64,000 nt of DNA from Acidobacteriota bacterium (GCA_003242705.2 QGVF02000005.1:101725-165724); one strand, 5' to 3'; positions 20,559-31,786 are shown, counted from the stretch's first letter. Made by a program: numbers and translations. Notes: a model not told the origin generated them from the letters alone.

Positions 20559-21126
20559 TGTTCTGTTTCGCCAGGGCCATCTTTCGGACGAAACGCTGAC
20601 CGCCGTCCTGCTCGACGGCGATCGGCCGGCGCACCTGAACCGCTGCGATCGGTGCAGCGGCCGGCTGCGCGAGCTGGGTCGCTGGCTCGACGACCTCCGC
20701 AGTGAGGCGCTCGCCGCGGCCGACGAGGCCTTCCCGCCCGAACGGCTCGCGCTCCAGCAGGCGCAGATCCTGCGGCGGCTCGAGCAGCTCGACGAACCGT
20801 CGCGCGTCATTGCCTTCCCGGCCCACGTCGCGGCAGCGCCACGCACCGACACGGAACGTCGCGTGGCGCCCGCCTGGGTCGGCGTCGCGGCCGCGGCCGG
20901 CCTCGTGATGGGCCTGATCGGCGGTCAGGTCTGGGCCACACTCGAGCCCCAACGGCCGGCGCCGCCAGCCGTCCAGGCCGATCAGCCCGAGACGATGACG
21001 CCGCCGGGACAGCCGGTAAACGCCGAACTGCTCGACTACGACTTCGAACGCCACGTCCCCGACGCCCTGGTGTTCTTCGACGAAATCACGCCGGCGCTGA
21101 CCCAGGGGCAGTACGCCGCGCGCTGA
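20545..21126 (+). CDS. Putative zinc-binding (ZAS-type) anti-sigma factor, single-pass membrane protein
   Basis: The GTG start has a GAAGGAG ribosome-binding site and overlaps the sigma gene by 14 nt. It has the H-x3-C-x2-C motif (AHLNRCDRCSGRL) and a transmembrane helix WVGVAAAAGLVMGLIGGQVW. Confidence 0.6.
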   Translation: MRIADVLFRQGHLSDETLTAVLLDGDRPAHLNRCDRCSGRLRELGRWLDDLRSEALAAADEAFPPERLALQQAQILRRLEQLDEPSRVIAFPAHVAAAPRTDTERRVAPAWVGVAAAAGLVMGLIGGQVWATLEPQRPAPPAVQADQPETMTPPGQPVNAELLDYDFERHVPDALVFFDEITPALTQGQYAAR

Positions 21127-21158
21127 CCGGTCTGTACGACGTGCGGGATGGAAACCGG

Positions 21159-21189
21159 AAGGCCCCGCCTCGGCGGGGCCTTTCGTTTG
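21159..21189 (+). terminator. Rho-independent terminator after the sigma/anti-sigma pair
   Basis: AAGGCCCCGCC..GGCGGGGCCTT forms a hairpin followed by TTCGTTTG. Confidence 0.6.
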
Positions 21190-21288
21190 CCTGCCCCCCC
21201 CGATCCATCAAAAGCCAGACCGACGCGGGTTTTCGTCGTCTAAGTCGTCTAGAATGTTGGAGATGTACCCGCTTATTCCGAGGACCGC

Positions 21289-22479
21289 ATGCCGCCGCTG
21301 ATCTTCCGTAAGGGCCTCGACATGAAGGCCGAGGTCGCCGGCGAGCTCGCCGCTGCGTACCACAGCTCGCTCGTCGACGAGATTCGGGCAGCGGGGTACG
21401 TGCGCCGGACGGGCCGGCTCACCGTTCATCTGGCTCGTGAGTTCGGCTTCTGCTACGGCGTCGACCGGGCCGTGGACTACGCCTACCAGACCCGGCGGAA
21501 GTTCCCCGATCGGCGCGTCTTTCTGACCGGCGAGATCATTCACAACCCGCACGTCAACGACCAGCTGCGGGCTCAGGGCATCCGGTTCCTCAGCGATCCG
21601 GGCGAAAGCTGGGATCGGCTCAACGAAGACGACGTCGTGATTCTGCCGGCGTTCGGCGTCTCGGTCTCGGAGCTGGCCGCGCTCGAGGCGCGCGGCTGCA
21701 CGCTCGTCGACACCACCTGCGGGTCGGTGCTCAACGTCTGGAAGAACGTGCGCCGCTACGCCCGCGACGGCTACACGTCGATCATCCACGGCAAGGCCAC
21801 GCACGAAGAGGCCCGCGCCACCGCCTCGCAGGCCACTGCCCTCGGGGGGCACTACCTCGTGGTCCGCGACGAGGAACAGGCCGCCATCGTCTGTGAATTC
21901 ATCCGCAGACCCGGCGACGCCGCGACCTTCCTGGCGACGTTCGAGGGGGCCTACTCGCCCGGCTTCGACCCGCTCGAACACCTCGAGCGCGTCGGCTGCG
22001 CCAACCAGACGACCATGCTGATGAGCGAGTCGCTCCGGATCGGCGAGATGATCCGTGAGGCCATGGTCGACCGCTACGGCGAGGAAGGCGCGGCGGTGCG
22101 GTTCCGGGCGTTCGACACCATCTGCTCGGCTACGCAGGAGCGGCAGGATGCCGTCGAGGAACTGCTCGCCACCGAGCAGCTCGACCTGGCGATTGTCGTC
22201 GGCGGGTACAACAGTTCCAATACGTGCAACCTTGCGCGAATCTGCGCCGATCACGTGCCGACGTTTCACATCGCCGAACCGGACTGCATTGCCGACGACG
22301 GCTCGATCCGGCACCGGCCGATCGGCGCCCCGTCGACGGCGGCGGTGCCCGAAACCCTGACGCGGAACTGGCTGCCCCCCGGCTCCGTAAGCATAGGCCT
22401 GACCGCCGGCGCATCGACTCCGAACAACATCGTCGGTGAGGTCATCGAACGGCTCGAACGGCTTGCCGTCCGGGCGTAA
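21289..22479 (+). CDS. ispH: 4-hydroxy-3-methylbut-2-enyl diphosphate reductase (long form)
   Basis: Signatures include FGFCYGVDRAV, GEIIHNP.VN, DTTCGSVLNVW and ANQTTM. A TAGAAT hexamer lies at 21251-21256 and a GAGG ribosome-binding site lies 6 nt upstream of the ATG. Confidence 0.9.
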   Translation: MPPLIFRKGLDMKAEVAGELAAAYHSSLVDEIRAAGYVRRTGRLTVHLAREFGFCYGVDRAVDYAYQTRRKFPDRRVFLTGEIIHNPHVNDQLRAQGIRFLSDPGESWDRLNEDDVVILPAFGVSVSELAALEARGCTLVDTTCGSVLNVWKNVRRYARDGYTSIIHGKATHEEARATASQATALGGHYLVVRDEEQAAIVCEFIRRPGDAATFLATFEGAYSPGFDPLEHLERVGCANQTTMLMSESLRIGEMIREAMVDRYGEEGAAVRFRAFDTICSATQERQDAVEELLATEQLDLAIVVGGYNSSNTCNLARICADHVPTFHIAEPDCIADDGSIRHRPIGAPSTAAVPETLTRNWLPPGSVSIGLTAGASTPNNIVGEVIERLERLAVRA

Positions 22480-22510
22480 ACGGGCGCAGCCCACCGGGCG
22501 TAACTCAGGC

Positions 22511-23023
22511 GTGACTGGTAGAAAGCTCCTCTTCGTTCGAGAGGTCCTGGCGTGCGGGGCGGTTCTGGCCGTGGTGCTGGCCGGGCCGGCCGTCGCGTCG
22601 GGTGTCGTTCAGGCGCACAGCACGGCGGAAACACCGCAGGGGCCTCCCCCGCGGTCGTGGGAATGGTGGAACGATCCCGAGGTCCAGAAGGAGCTCGGGC
22701 TGTCGGCCGACAAGGTCAAGCGGATCAACGACATCTACACGCGGCGCAACGCCGATCTGCGGCCGATTGTCCACGAGTTCCTTCGTGAGTCGGCGGCTCT
22801 CGACAAGATGACGCGCGAGCGCGTGGCCGACGACGCCACGTACCAGCTCCAGGTCATGAGGGTCGAGGCGGCCCGGGCACGGGTCAACGAAAGCCGCATG
22901 GTCATGCTCTACCGCATGTACCGCGAACTCACCCCCGAGCAGCACCAGAAGCTGCAGGAGATCCTCGACCGTCGCTTCAATCGCGCCGGCCGGGGGCGCC
23001 CACCCGCCGACGGGCCCCGGTAG
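22511..23023 (+). CDS. Periplasmic Spy/CpxP-like (LTXXQ motif) protein
   Basis: The GTG at 22511 gives a signal peptide (LACGAVLAVVLAGPAVASG). The body is helical with ELTPEQHQKLQEIL, an LTXXQ-type motif. The family call is tentative. Confidence 0.55.
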   Translation: MTGRKLLFVREVLACGAVLAVVLAGPAVASGVVQAHSTAETPQGPPPRSWEWWNDPEVQKELGLSADKVKRINDIYTRRNADLRPIVHEFLRESAALDKMTRERVADDATYQLQVMRVEAARARVNESRMVMLYRMYRELTPEQHQKLQEILDRRFNRAGRGRPPADGPR

Positions 23024-23110
23024 TTGCCCGCTGTATCAAGCCTGCTCGATATCGAACGAGAACGAAGAGCGTCTGGGTCCGCCCGGCGTCTGCAGAGGAG
23101 TGAAACGGCA

Positions 23111-24736
23111 ATGATGAGAATCCCGCGCTTCCAGTACCTCGGGGCCCTCGCCTTGAGTGCGGCGCTCGTGCCGACGCTGGCGTCGGCCCAGCAGGTCACC
23201 GCCGCCGGCCAGCAGGCGGCCGGCGAGGTCGATCGGTACGTGGTCGGCCAGGCCGTCCCGGAACCGCTGCCGGGCACCACGCTGCTGCCGCTGACGCTCG
23301 AGGAAGCGATGGACATCGCCCTCGAGAAGAACCTCAACCTGAAGGCCGCGCGGATGAACCCGCAGATCGTCGACTACAACCTGGCGTCGGCGCGCGCGGC
23401 GTTCACTCCGCAGCTCACGAGCCAGTACTCGTACCGGGACGCCGCCTCGCCGAACAACAACCGGCTCGAGGAACGGGCCATCGTCAACCAGATTGGCCAG
23501 ACCTACAACTTCGGCGTCAACCAGACGCTCCCGTGGCTCGGCGGGCGGTTCTCGGTCAACTTCAACAACCAGCGACAGAGCACGAACTCGTCGCAGGCAC
23601 TCCGGAACCCGGCCTTCAACTCGAACTTCCAGATGAATTACACGCAGCCCCTGCTGCGTGGGTTCCGGGTCGACGACACGCGGAACCAGATCCGCACGCT
23701 CGGTGTGCAGCGACAGATTGCCGACATCCAGCTGCTCACGCAGATCGAGAACCTGAAGGCCAACGTCCGGACCGCCTACTGGAATCTCCGCCAGGCCATC
23801 GAGCAGATCGAGATTCAGCGCCGGTCGCTCGAACTGGCCCAGCGCCTGCTCCAGGAGAACCTGACGAAGGTCGAGATCGGCACGCTCGCCCCCATCGAGA
23901 CGACCACGTCGGAAACGCAGGTCGCCAACGCCGAGCAGGCGCTGCTCAACGCGCAGATCCAGTGGCGCACCGCCGAGCTCGCGCTCAAGCAGCTGCTCGC
24001 CGAAGGTCCCAACGACGAAATCTACGGAGTGACGATCAATCCGATCGACGTGCCGCAGATGACGGTGCAGAGCGTCGACATCCAGTCGGCCGTGCAGCGG
24101 GCCCTCGCGGATCGGACCGACCTCGTGCAGGCTCGGCGGAACCTCGACATCAATCGCCTGTCGCTCGAGGTCACGCGCGACCTCACCAAGCCGCAGCTCG
24201 ACCTGCAGGCCGGCTACAGCGTGGCTGGCCAGAACGCGCTGCTCGACGACGGCACAACGACCGGTTACAGGACGGCCCTGTCGCAGACGTTCGGGTTCGA
24301 GCTGCCGACCTGGAACCTGCAGTTCAACTTCACCTACCCGCTCTTCATGCGGGCGGCAAAGGCGAACTACGCGCGCGCCCAGCTGCAGCTGCAGCAGTCG
24401 ATTGCGCAGCTGCAGGCGCAGGAACTGAACGTCGCGGCGCAGGTCACCAACGCCGGGCTCGCGGTCGAGAACTCGTACAAGCAGTACCTGGCCGCGCAGA
24501 AGGCCCGTGAGGTCGCCGAGCGCAACGCCGAAGCCGAGCAGACCCGCTTCGACGTCGGCATGTCGACCAACTACAACGTCGTGCAGGCCCAGACCAACCT
24601 GACGCAGCAGCGGCTGGCCGAGCTTCGCGCGATGATTGCCTATATCAATGCCCTTGCTGAGTTCGAGCGGCTGCAGCGCGTCGGTGGCGGCGGTGGCGGC
24701 GCCGCCGGCGGTGGTGGCGGCAACGGCGGCAACTGA
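23111..24736 (+). CDS. TolC family outer-membrane efflux protein
   Basis: The ATG at 23111 has a GAGGAG ribosome-binding site and gives the signal MMRIPRFQYLGALALSAALVPTLASAQQ. It has LTLEEAMDIALEKNLNLKAAR and the two repeated OEP halves, then ends in a Gly-rich tail GGGGGAAGGGGGNGGN. Confidence 0.88.
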   Translation: MMRIPRFQYLGALALSAALVPTLASAQQVTAAGQQAAGEVDRYVVGQAVPEPLPGTTLLPLTLEEAMDIALEKNLNLKAARMNPQIVDYNLASARAAFTPQLTSQYSYRDAASPNNNRLEERAIVNQIGQTYNFGVNQTLPWLGGRFSVNFNNQRQSTNSSQALRNPAFNSNFQMNYTQPLLRGFRVDDTRNQIRTLGVQRQIADIQLLTQIENLKANVRTAYWNLRQAIEQIEIQRRSLELAQRLLQENLTKVEIGTLAPIETTTSETQVANAEQALLNAQIQWRTAELALKQLLAEGPNDEIYGVTINPIDVPQMTVQSVDIQSAVQRALADRTDLVQARRNLDINRLSLEVTRDLTKPQLDLQAGYSVAGQNALLDDGTTTGYRTALSQTFGFELPTWNLQFNFTYPLFMRAAKANYARAQLQLQQSIAQLQAQELNVAAQVTNAGLAVENSYKQYLAAQKAREVAERNAEAEQTRFDVGMSTNYNVVQAQTNLTQQRLAELRAMIAYINALAEFERLQRVGGGGGGAAGGGGGNGGN

Positions 24737-24766
24737 TACGCGCGACACGGAAAGATTCGGACGTCA

Positions 24767-26023
24767 ATGAAGAGGATCCTGGTTGGTGTAGCGGTCGTCG
24801 TCCTGGTGGGCGTCGGTGTCTGGTACTTCCGATCGGGCGCCGCCGAACCGGCGGCGCCCGCTGGTGCTGCCGCGGGTGGTCGCGGCGCCGGCCCGGGCGG
24901 TCCGGGGGGCGGTCGCGGCGGTCGGGGCATGGTGCCGATGACGGTCGAGATCGGCACCGTCGACCGCGGCGAGATGGTCGACTACGTCACGGTGGTCGGC
25001 AACCTCATCGGTGAAGCGACCGTCGAGGTCGTGCCCCGCATCGCGGGACGCATCGAGGCGATCTACGTCAAGCTGGGCGATCCCGTCACGCGCGGGCAGG
25101 CCATTGCGAAGATCGAGGACCGGGCAATTCGCGAGCAGGTCAACCAGGTCCGCGCCAATCTCGAAGTGAACCGGGCCACGCTGGCCGCGCGGCAGAACGA
25201 CGTCGAGGTGGCCCGCAACGCGCTCGACCGCGCCCGCGCCAGCTTCGAGCGCGGCCTGCTCTCGCAGGCGTCGCTCGAAGACGCCGAGGCGCGCTACAAC
25301 GCGGCCGTCTCGCAGGTCACCGTCGCCGAAGCGCAGCTCGTCTCGACGCAGGCGCGGCTCGATGAGCTGCTCGTGTCGCTCGCCGACACCGATGTCGTCT
25401 CGCCGGTCGACGGATTCGTCGGCCGGCGCGATCTCGATCCGGGCGCGTTCGCGACCGCCAACACGGCCATCGTCTCGCTTGTTGATATCAGCACCGTCCG
25501 GATGGTGGCCAACCTGATCGAAAAGGACTTCCGACGCGTCCGGCAGGGGGCCCCGGCCATTGTCGAGGTCGATGCGTTCCCCGGCGAGCAGTTCACCGGA
25601 CAGGTCAGCCGTGTGGCGCCGGTCTTCGACCCGGCGACCCGGACGGCCACGATGGAGATTGAAGTGCCGAACCCGGGCTTCCGGCTGAAGCCCGGGATGT
25701 ACGCGCGCGTCCGCCTGACGGCCGAACGCAAGCCCGACGCCCTGGTCGTCGCACGGTCCGCCGTGGTCGACCTGCAGGGCCGCCGCGGCGTCTACGTCGT
25801 CGACGAAAACGACGTCGCCCGCTTCCAGGAAGTGGAGACCGGCGTGTCCGACGGTGAGCGCATCGAAATCGTCCGCGGCCTCGAGGAAGGCACGCGCGTG
25901 GTCACGACCGGCGCGCTGGCCGTCCGCGACGGCGAACGGGTTCTCAGCGTCGAGGCCGTCCGGCCGCCCGAGGCGCGCGACCGGGCGCGCGGCGCCGATC
26001 CGAACGGGACCGGCCCGGCATGA
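24767..26023 (+). CDS. Efflux RND periplasmic adaptor (membrane fusion protein)
   Basis: It has an N-terminal anchor and then a Gly/Arg-rich stretch (GGRGAGPGGPGGGRGGRG). The lipoyl, hairpin and beta-barrel pattern follows: V.PRIAGRI..IYV.LGD.V..GQ, SPVDGFVG, PGMYARV. Confidence 0.88.
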   Translation: MKRILVGVAVVVLVGVGVWYFRSGAAEPAAPAGAAAGGRGAGPGGPGGGRGGRGMVPMTVEIGTVDRGEMVDYVTVVGNLIGEATVEVVPRIAGRIEAIYVKLGDPVTRGQAIAKIEDRAIREQVNQVRANLEVNRATLAARQNDVEVARNALDRARASFERGLLSQASLEDAEARYNAAVSQVTVAEAQLVSTQARLDELLVSLADTDVVSPVDGFVGRRDLDPGAFATANTAIVSLVDISTVRMVANLIEKDFRRVRQGAPAIVEVDAFPGEQFTGQVSRVAPVFDPATRTATMEIEVPNPGFRLKPGMYARVRLTAERKPDALVVARSAVVDLQGRRGVYVVDENDVARFQEVETGVSDGERIEIVRGLEEGTRVVTTGALAVRDGERVLSVEAVRPPEARDRARGADPNGTGPA

Positions 26024-26110
26024 CGGGCGGTCGGAGGCCATGAACCGTCGCGTCCTGGAGTTCGACAGGCGCCCCCGGGGGCGCCATCACTGCGTTCGAG
26101 GGAGTCACCG

Positions 26111-29100
26111 ATGAGTATTCCACGCCTCGCCATTGAGCGTCCGGTCACGATGTTCATGCTGTCGGCTGTCATCGTGCTGCTCGGCCTGCTGTCGCTCGCG
26201 CGCCTGCCGGTCGACCTGATGCCGGACGTCTCGTATCCGCAGATCACGGTCCGCGTGGGATACGCCGGCGTCGGCCCGCAGGAGATCGAGGAGCTCATCG
26301 TGCGGCCGCTCGAGCAGGCGCTTGCGGCCGTCCCGGGCATCGAGCGTATCGAATCGACCGCGTCCGAGGGCTCGGGCACGGTTCGGCTGAGCTTCGCGTG
26401 GGGCTCCGACCTGTCCGAGGCTGCCGACGAGGTCCGCACGCGCATCGATCGCGTCCGCGGCCGCCTGCCGGACGACGCCGATCCGCCGACCATCTTCAAG
26501 TTCGATTCGAACGCCTCGCCCATCATGAACATCGGCGTCGAGGGCAACTACGACAGCGTCACGCTGCGCGAAATCGCCGAGGTCGACCTGGCGCCGCGGT
26601 TCGAACGTGTCGACGGCGTCGCGGCCGTGACGGTCAACGGCGGCCTGCGGCGGCAGATTCACGTTGAGCTCTCGAAGGAGAAGATCACGGCGCTCGACCT
26701 GTCGGTGGACCAGGTCGTCAGCGCCATCCGCTCCGAGAACCAGAACATCCCGCTCGGCGAGGTCGACGAGGGCGACACGACGTATCTGCTCCGCAGTACT
26801 GGACAGTTCCAGGACCTCGATCAGCTGCGCGACCTCGTCGTGCTGACACGCGGCAGCGTGCCGGTCTACCTGCGCGACATCGCCGAGGTGCGCGATACGA
26901 CGGAAGACCGGCGCAGCTTCATGCGCATCAACGGCCTGCCCGGCGTGCGCATGTCGATTTCGAAGCAGTCGGGCCGCAACACGGTGGCCATCGCCGAGGC
27001 GGTGCGCGCCGAAGTCGAGCGGACGAACCGCGAGGTCCCCTCGGTGCGCCTGACGGTGCTCAGCGATCAGTCGCGCTTCATCGAGCAGGCGATCAATTCG
27101 GTACGCGAGCACGTCTATCTCGGCTCGATCCTCGTCATCGGTATCATCTTTCTCTTCCTGCGCGACTGGCGGGCGACCGTCATCATCTGCCTTTCGATTC
27201 CGATCTCGGTCATCGGCACGTTCGCGCTGCTCTACTTCGGCGGCTACACGCTCAACACCATGACGTTCGGCGGTCTCGCGCTCGGCGTCGGCATGATCGT
27301 CGACGCCTCGATCGTCGTGCTCGAGAACGCCTACAGACACATGGAAAAGGGCAAGAGCCGCGTGCAGGCAGCCGTCGACGGCAGCGAGGAGGTCTGGTCC
27401 GCCATCCTCGCGTCGATCCTGACGCACATCGCCGTCTTCGTGCCCCTGCTCTTCCTGAGCGGCGTGTCGAGCATCCTTTTCACGCAGCTGGCCATCGTCG
27501 TGATGTTCTCGCTGGCGATGTCGCTGTTTGTCGCGGTCACGATCGTGCCGGTGCTCTGCTCGCGGCTGCTCCACCTGCACGACCAATCCGGGAGCCAGTC
27601 GTTCTTCGGACGGCTGTCGAACGCCACCGAACGGGCGCTCACCTGGCTCGACGACAGCTACAAGCGGATCCTCGAGGTGGCCCTGCAGCATCGCGGCAGC
27701 GTAATCGCCGGCTCAGCCGCGCTCACGATCCTCGCGTTCCTGCTGCTGCCGACGATCCCGACGGAGATGCTGCCCGAGACCGACGAGGGCGAGGTGTCGA
27801 TCACGGCGCGTCTGCCGGCCGGCACCCGCATCGAGCGGACCGAAGCCGTCGCTCTTCAGATGGAAGAGATCATCCGGACGAACGTCCCCGAGGCGGTCAC
27901 CATCATCTCGAACGCGGGTGGCGGCGGCGGCGCGGGATTCGGCGGCGGCAGTGCCTCGAGCGTCCGGTTTGAGGTCCACCTGGTGCCGCGTGATCAGCGC
28001 ACGCGCACCAGCAACGAAATCGCGACCGATCTGCGTCGTGTCCTGGTCGGCATCCCCGGCGCGCAGATCACGACGCGCGCCTCGGGCGGCAACCAGCAGA
28101 TGACGCGCCTGATGGGCGGCGGCAGCGACAGCCGGCTCGCCGTCGAGATCCGCGGCGACGACCTGGTGACGGCAAACCGTCTCGCCGAGGACGTCGTCCG
28201 GCTCATGCGCGACACGCCGGGCATCGCGAGCCCGCAGCGGGCCACCGAGGAAGGCCGCCCCGAAATGGCCATCCGCGTCGATCGACCGAAGGCAGCCCTG
28301 CTGGGCCTGTCGGTGACGGGTGTGGCCAACACCATCCGGACGAACATCAGCGGCACGCAGGCGGCCGTCTTCCGTGAGCACGGCAAGGAGTTCCCGATCA
28401 TCGTGCGCCTGCGCGAGGAAGATCGGATGCGGTCCGAGTCGGTCGGCGAAGTGCTCATCAGCACGCCGCGCGGCCAGGTGCTGCCGGCGGCCAACGTGCT
28501 GGACCTGACGCCGCAGACCGGTCCGACGCAGATTGAGCGCAAGAACCAGCAGCGCATCACCCGCGTCAACGCCGAGATCGACGCCGGCATCGCGCTCGGC
28601 GAAGCCGTGGCGACCGTCCAGGAGCGGCTTCCGCAGCTCGACGTCCCGCAGGGCTTCTCGGTCGGCTTCGGCGCCGAGGTCGAGCAGCAGGCGGAGGCCT
28701 TCTCGCAGCTGCAGGTGCTGCTGATTCTCGGCGTACTGCTGGTCTACGCCGTCATGGCGTCGCAGTACGAATCGCTGCGTGATCCGTTCATCGTCATGTT
28801 CTCGGTGCCGGTGGCGGCCATCGGCGTGGTGCTCGCGCTCAAGCTGACGTCAACGTCTTTCAGTCTGCAGGCGTATATCGGAGTAATCATGCTGGCAGGG
28901 ATCGTGGTGAGCAACGCCATCCTGCTCGTCGATTACACCAACGTGCTGCGGCGCCGCGACGGCATGCCGCTGCGCGAGGCCGTCGTGCTGGCGGGGCGCA
29001 CCCGCCTGCGGCCGATTCTCATGACCACCCTGGCCACGGTGCTGGGCCTGGTGCCCATGTCGCTCGGTATCGGTGAAGGCGCCGAGCTGCAGGCCCCGAT

Positions 29101-29233
29101 GGCGCGCGTGGTCATCGGCGGACTGCTGACGTCGACGCTGGTCACGCTCGTGCTCGTGCCGAGCGTCTACACCGTCTTCGAAGAGGGCTTCTCCGGGCTG
29201 CGGCGCCGGGCGGCCCGCGCGTCCGCCGAGTAG
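26111..29233 (+). CDS. Efflux RND transporter permease (AcrB/HAE1-like)
   Basis: 1040 aa. The N-terminus reads [22 protein letters not shown]...LPVDLMPD, with a 12-transmembrane-helix / two-large-loop organisation. A GAGGGAG ribosome-binding site precedes it. Confidence 0.95.
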   Translation: MSIPRLAIERPVTMFMLSAVIVLLGLLSLARLPVDLMPDVSYPQITVRVGYAGVGPQEIEELIVRPLEQALAAVPGIERIESTASEGSGTVRLSFAWGSDLSEAADEVRTRIDRVRGRLPDDADPPTIFKFDSNASPIMNIGVEGNYDSVTLREIAEVDLAPRFERVDGVAAVTVNGGLRRQIHVELSKEKITALDLSVDQVVSAIRSENQNIPLGEVDEGDTTYLLRSTGQFQDLDQLRDLVVLTRGSVPVYLRDIAEVRDTTEDRRSFMRINGLPGVRMSISKQSGRNTVAIAEAVRAEVERTNREVPSVRLTVLSDQSRFIEQAINSVREHVYLGSILVIGIIFLFLRDWRATVIICLSIPISVIGTFALLYFGGYTLNTMTFGGLALGVGMIVDASIVVLENAYRHMEKGKSRVQAAVDGSEEVWSAILASILTHIAVFVPLLFLSGVSSILFTQLAIVVMFSLAMSLFVAVTIVPVLCSRLLHLHDQSGSQSFFGRLSNATERALTWLDDSYKRILEVALQHRGSVIAGSAALTILAFLLLPTIPTEMLPETDEGEVSITARLPAGTRIERTEAVALQMEEIIRTNVPEAVTIISNAGGGGGAGFGGGSASSVRFEVHLVPRDQRTRTSNEIATDLRRVLVGIPGAQITTRASGGNQQMTRLMGGGSDSRLAVEIRGDDLVTANRLAEDVVRLMRDTPGIASPQRATEEGRPEMAIRVDRPKAALLGLSVTGVANTIRTNISGTQAAVFREHGKEFPIIVRLREEDRMRSESVGEVLISTPRGQVLPAANVLDLTPQTGPTQIERKNQQRITRVNAEIDAGIALGEAVATVQERLPQLDVPQGFSVGFGAEVEQQAEAFSQLQVLLILGVLLVYAVMASQYESLRDPFIVMFSVPVAAIGVVLALKLTSTSFSLQAYIGVIMLAGIVVSNAILLVDYTNVLRRRDGMPLREAVVLAGRTRLRPILMTTLATVLGLVPMSLGIGEGAELQAPMARVVIGGLLTSTLVTLVLVPSVYTVFEEGFSGLRRRAARASAE

Positions 29234-29251
29234 AGCGCGACAGACACGATC

Positions 29252-30892
29252 ATGAAAAGACTCGTAACGACACTTGGGCTGCTGGCGGTCGCAGGGGGCT
29301 GCGCCTGGTACTTCTTCGTCTACGGGAAGGCCGAAGAGCCGCCGCAGATCATCCGTGCCGTCATCTCGCGCGGCACGATCATCGAGGCGGTGCAGGCGAC
29401 GGGAACGCTCGAGGCCCTGCGCACGGTCCAGGTCGGGCCGCAGGTGTCGGGCACGATCATCGAGCTCAACGCGGACTTCAACTCGATCGTCCGCCGGGGC
29501 CAGGTCGTCGCCCGCCTGGATCCGTCCCTCCTGCAGACACAGGTCGATATCCAGGCGGCCAACATCGAGCGCCAGGAGACCGACATCGAGATGCAGCGCG
29601 TGCAGCTCGAAGATGCCGAGCGGAACCTCGCGCGCACGAAGGAGCTCTTCGAGAAGGGGCTCGCCAACCAGACGCAGCTCGAACAGGCCGAGCTGGCTGT
29701 CAAGACGCGCCAGGCGCAGATTGCCGCGGCCGAAAAGCAGCTGGTGCAGGCGCGCGCCAACCTCGCGCAGGCCGAGCTGAATGTCTCGTACACCGAGGTC
29801 AAGTCGCCCATCGACGGTGTGGTCGTCAACCGGCTCGTCGACGTCGGCCAGACGATTCAGTCGAGCATGAACATCACGCCGTTCTTCGAGATCGCCACCG
29901 ACCTCAACACGCTGCGCCTGACGGCCGGCGTCGACGAGGCCGACATCGGCAAGATCCGCCCGGGCATGAAGGTCGAGTTCGAGGTCGATACGTACCCGAA
30001 CACGACGTTCCACGGCACGGTCGAGAACGTCAACCTCAACGCGACGGTCCAGAGCAACGTCGTTACCTATCCGGTCTGGATCATCGTCCCGAACCCGGAC
30101 TACCGCCTCCGGCCGAGCCTGACGGCGAACCTCCGGATCATCGTCAACACGGCCGAGGACGTGCTCCGCATCCCGAACGCGGCGCTCCGCTTCCGGCCGT
30201 CGGCCGAGATGTTCACGGCGCTCGGTCTCGAGCCGCCCCCGCAGCCGACGCGCGTCGGCCGTGGCGGTGGCGCGCCGATGGGCCCGAACGCGGCACAGCC
30301 GGCGGGTCCGGCGCCGGCCCCGGCAGCCCAGGCGGGCGCGGCTCCGGGTCTTCAGCCGGCGGTCGCCACCGTCGCCGACGCCGGGGCGCCCCAGGCCGGT
30401 CCCGGGCGTGCGGGTCGAGGCGGCCGTGGAACGTTCGGTCCGCCCCCGCCGCAGGGTGGCGCGCCTGTCCCGCCGATGGCGGGTGCCCGCGGCGGTCGCC
30501 AGGGCGGTCGAGGCGCGGGAGCCGCACTGCAGCCCGTCGCGCTGGCCAACGGCGGATCTCAGACGGGTTCGCCCATCCAGTCCGATCGGAAGATTGACGA
30601 GTTCTTCGCGCCCATCGAGGTGCAGCCGCAGCCCGGGACCGTGTGGGTCTGGGACGAGAACGCCCGCACGCTCACCGACGTCCGTGTCATGACGGGCATC
30701 AGCGACGGCCAGTTCAGCCAGCTGGTGTCGGGCGATCTCACCGAGGGCCAGGAAGTCGTCACGAACATCATCCTGCCGGTGACCGCTGCCAGCGCGGGCG
30801 CAAGCCAGCAGACCATCTTCGGTCAGCCGGGCGGCGGCCGGGGTGGCTTCGGGGGCGGTAATTTCGGCGGCCGCGGCCGCGGCGGGTTCTAG
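29252..30892 (+). CDS. MacA-like periplasmic adaptor with a roughly 120-aa Pro/Gly/Ala-rich insertion and an RGG-type tail
   Basis: HlyD-type features include QVSGTIIELNADFNS.V.RGQVVARLD, a coiled-coil hairpin, KSPIDGVV and PGMKVEF. Residues about 326-445 are low complexity. The C-terminus is GGGRGGFGGGNFGGRGRGGF. Confidence 0.8.
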   Translation: MKRLVTTLGLLAVAGGCAWYFFVYGKAEEPPQIIRAVISRGTIIEAVQATGTLEALRTVQVGPQVSGTIIELNADFNSIVRRGQVVARLDPSLLQTQVDIQAANIERQETDIEMQRVQLEDAERNLARTKELFEKGLANQTQLEQAELAVKTRQAQIAAAEKQLVQARANLAQAELNVSYTEVKSPIDGVVVNRLVDVGQTIQSSMNITPFFEIATDLNTLRLTAGVDEADIGKIRPGMKVEFEVDTYPNTTFHGTVENVNLNATVQSNVVTYPVWIIVPNPDYRLRPSLTANLRIIVNTAEDVLRIPNAALRFRPSAEMFTALGLEPPPQPTRVGRGGGAPMGPNAAQPAGPAPAPAAQAGAAPGLQPAVATVADAGAPQAGPGRAGRGGRGTFGPPPPQGGAPVPPMAGARGGRQGGRGAGAALQPVALANGGSQTGSPIQSDRKIDEFFAPIEVQPQPGTVWVWDENARTLTDVRVMTGISDGQFSQLVSGDLTEGQEVVTNIILPVTAASAGASQQTIFGQPGGGRGGFGGGNFGGRGRGGF

Positions 30893-30958
30893 GCCGACAG
30901 CTGAAGGGCCGGCAGCCACGCTCGCCGGCCCTTTCGCTCAGCGCGCGTCGAGAGAGGT

Positions 30959-31765
<807 letters not shown>

Positions 31766-31786
31766 TATCGATCCCTGGGAGCAGAC

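Noticed and set aside
18612-20852. A 746-aa ORF on the minus strand spanning the SpoIID, ECF sigma and anti-sigma genes
   Set aside because: It is antisense to three ORFs with clear family signatures. Its translation is Arg/Ala/Gly/Pro-rich with no motif. It is a typical stop-codon-poor shadow ORF of high-GC DNA.
21264-21302. A 12-codon mini-ORF (MYPLIPRTACRR) overlapping the ispH start, considered as a leader peptide
   Set aside because: The GGAG directly abuts its ATG with no spacing. The mini-ORF has no regulatory codon pattern. A GAGG at the correct distance serves the ispH ATG instead.
24640-24960. GGC/GCC-rich repetitive DNA that at first looked like a tandem repeat or array
   Set aside because: The repeats are imperfect and lie inside coding sequence, where they encode the Gly-rich C-terminus of TolC and the Gly/Arg-rich N-terminal region of the adaptor. 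There is no spacer-repeat periodicity. The same applies to the Pro-rich TonB linker at ~12130-12300 and the MacA insertion at ~30227-30586.
28850-30919. A 689-aa minus-strand ORF. Similar long antisense ORFs lie at 23036-24748, 24764-26041, 26105-27691, 30938-32539, 33745-35481, 56887-58932 and 60265-61665.
   Set aside because: All of them are antisense or out of frame relative to genes with strong family signatures (TolC, membrane fusion protein, RND, MacA/MacB, YbbP, GlgM, sigma factor). They have biased Arg/Gly/Asp composition.
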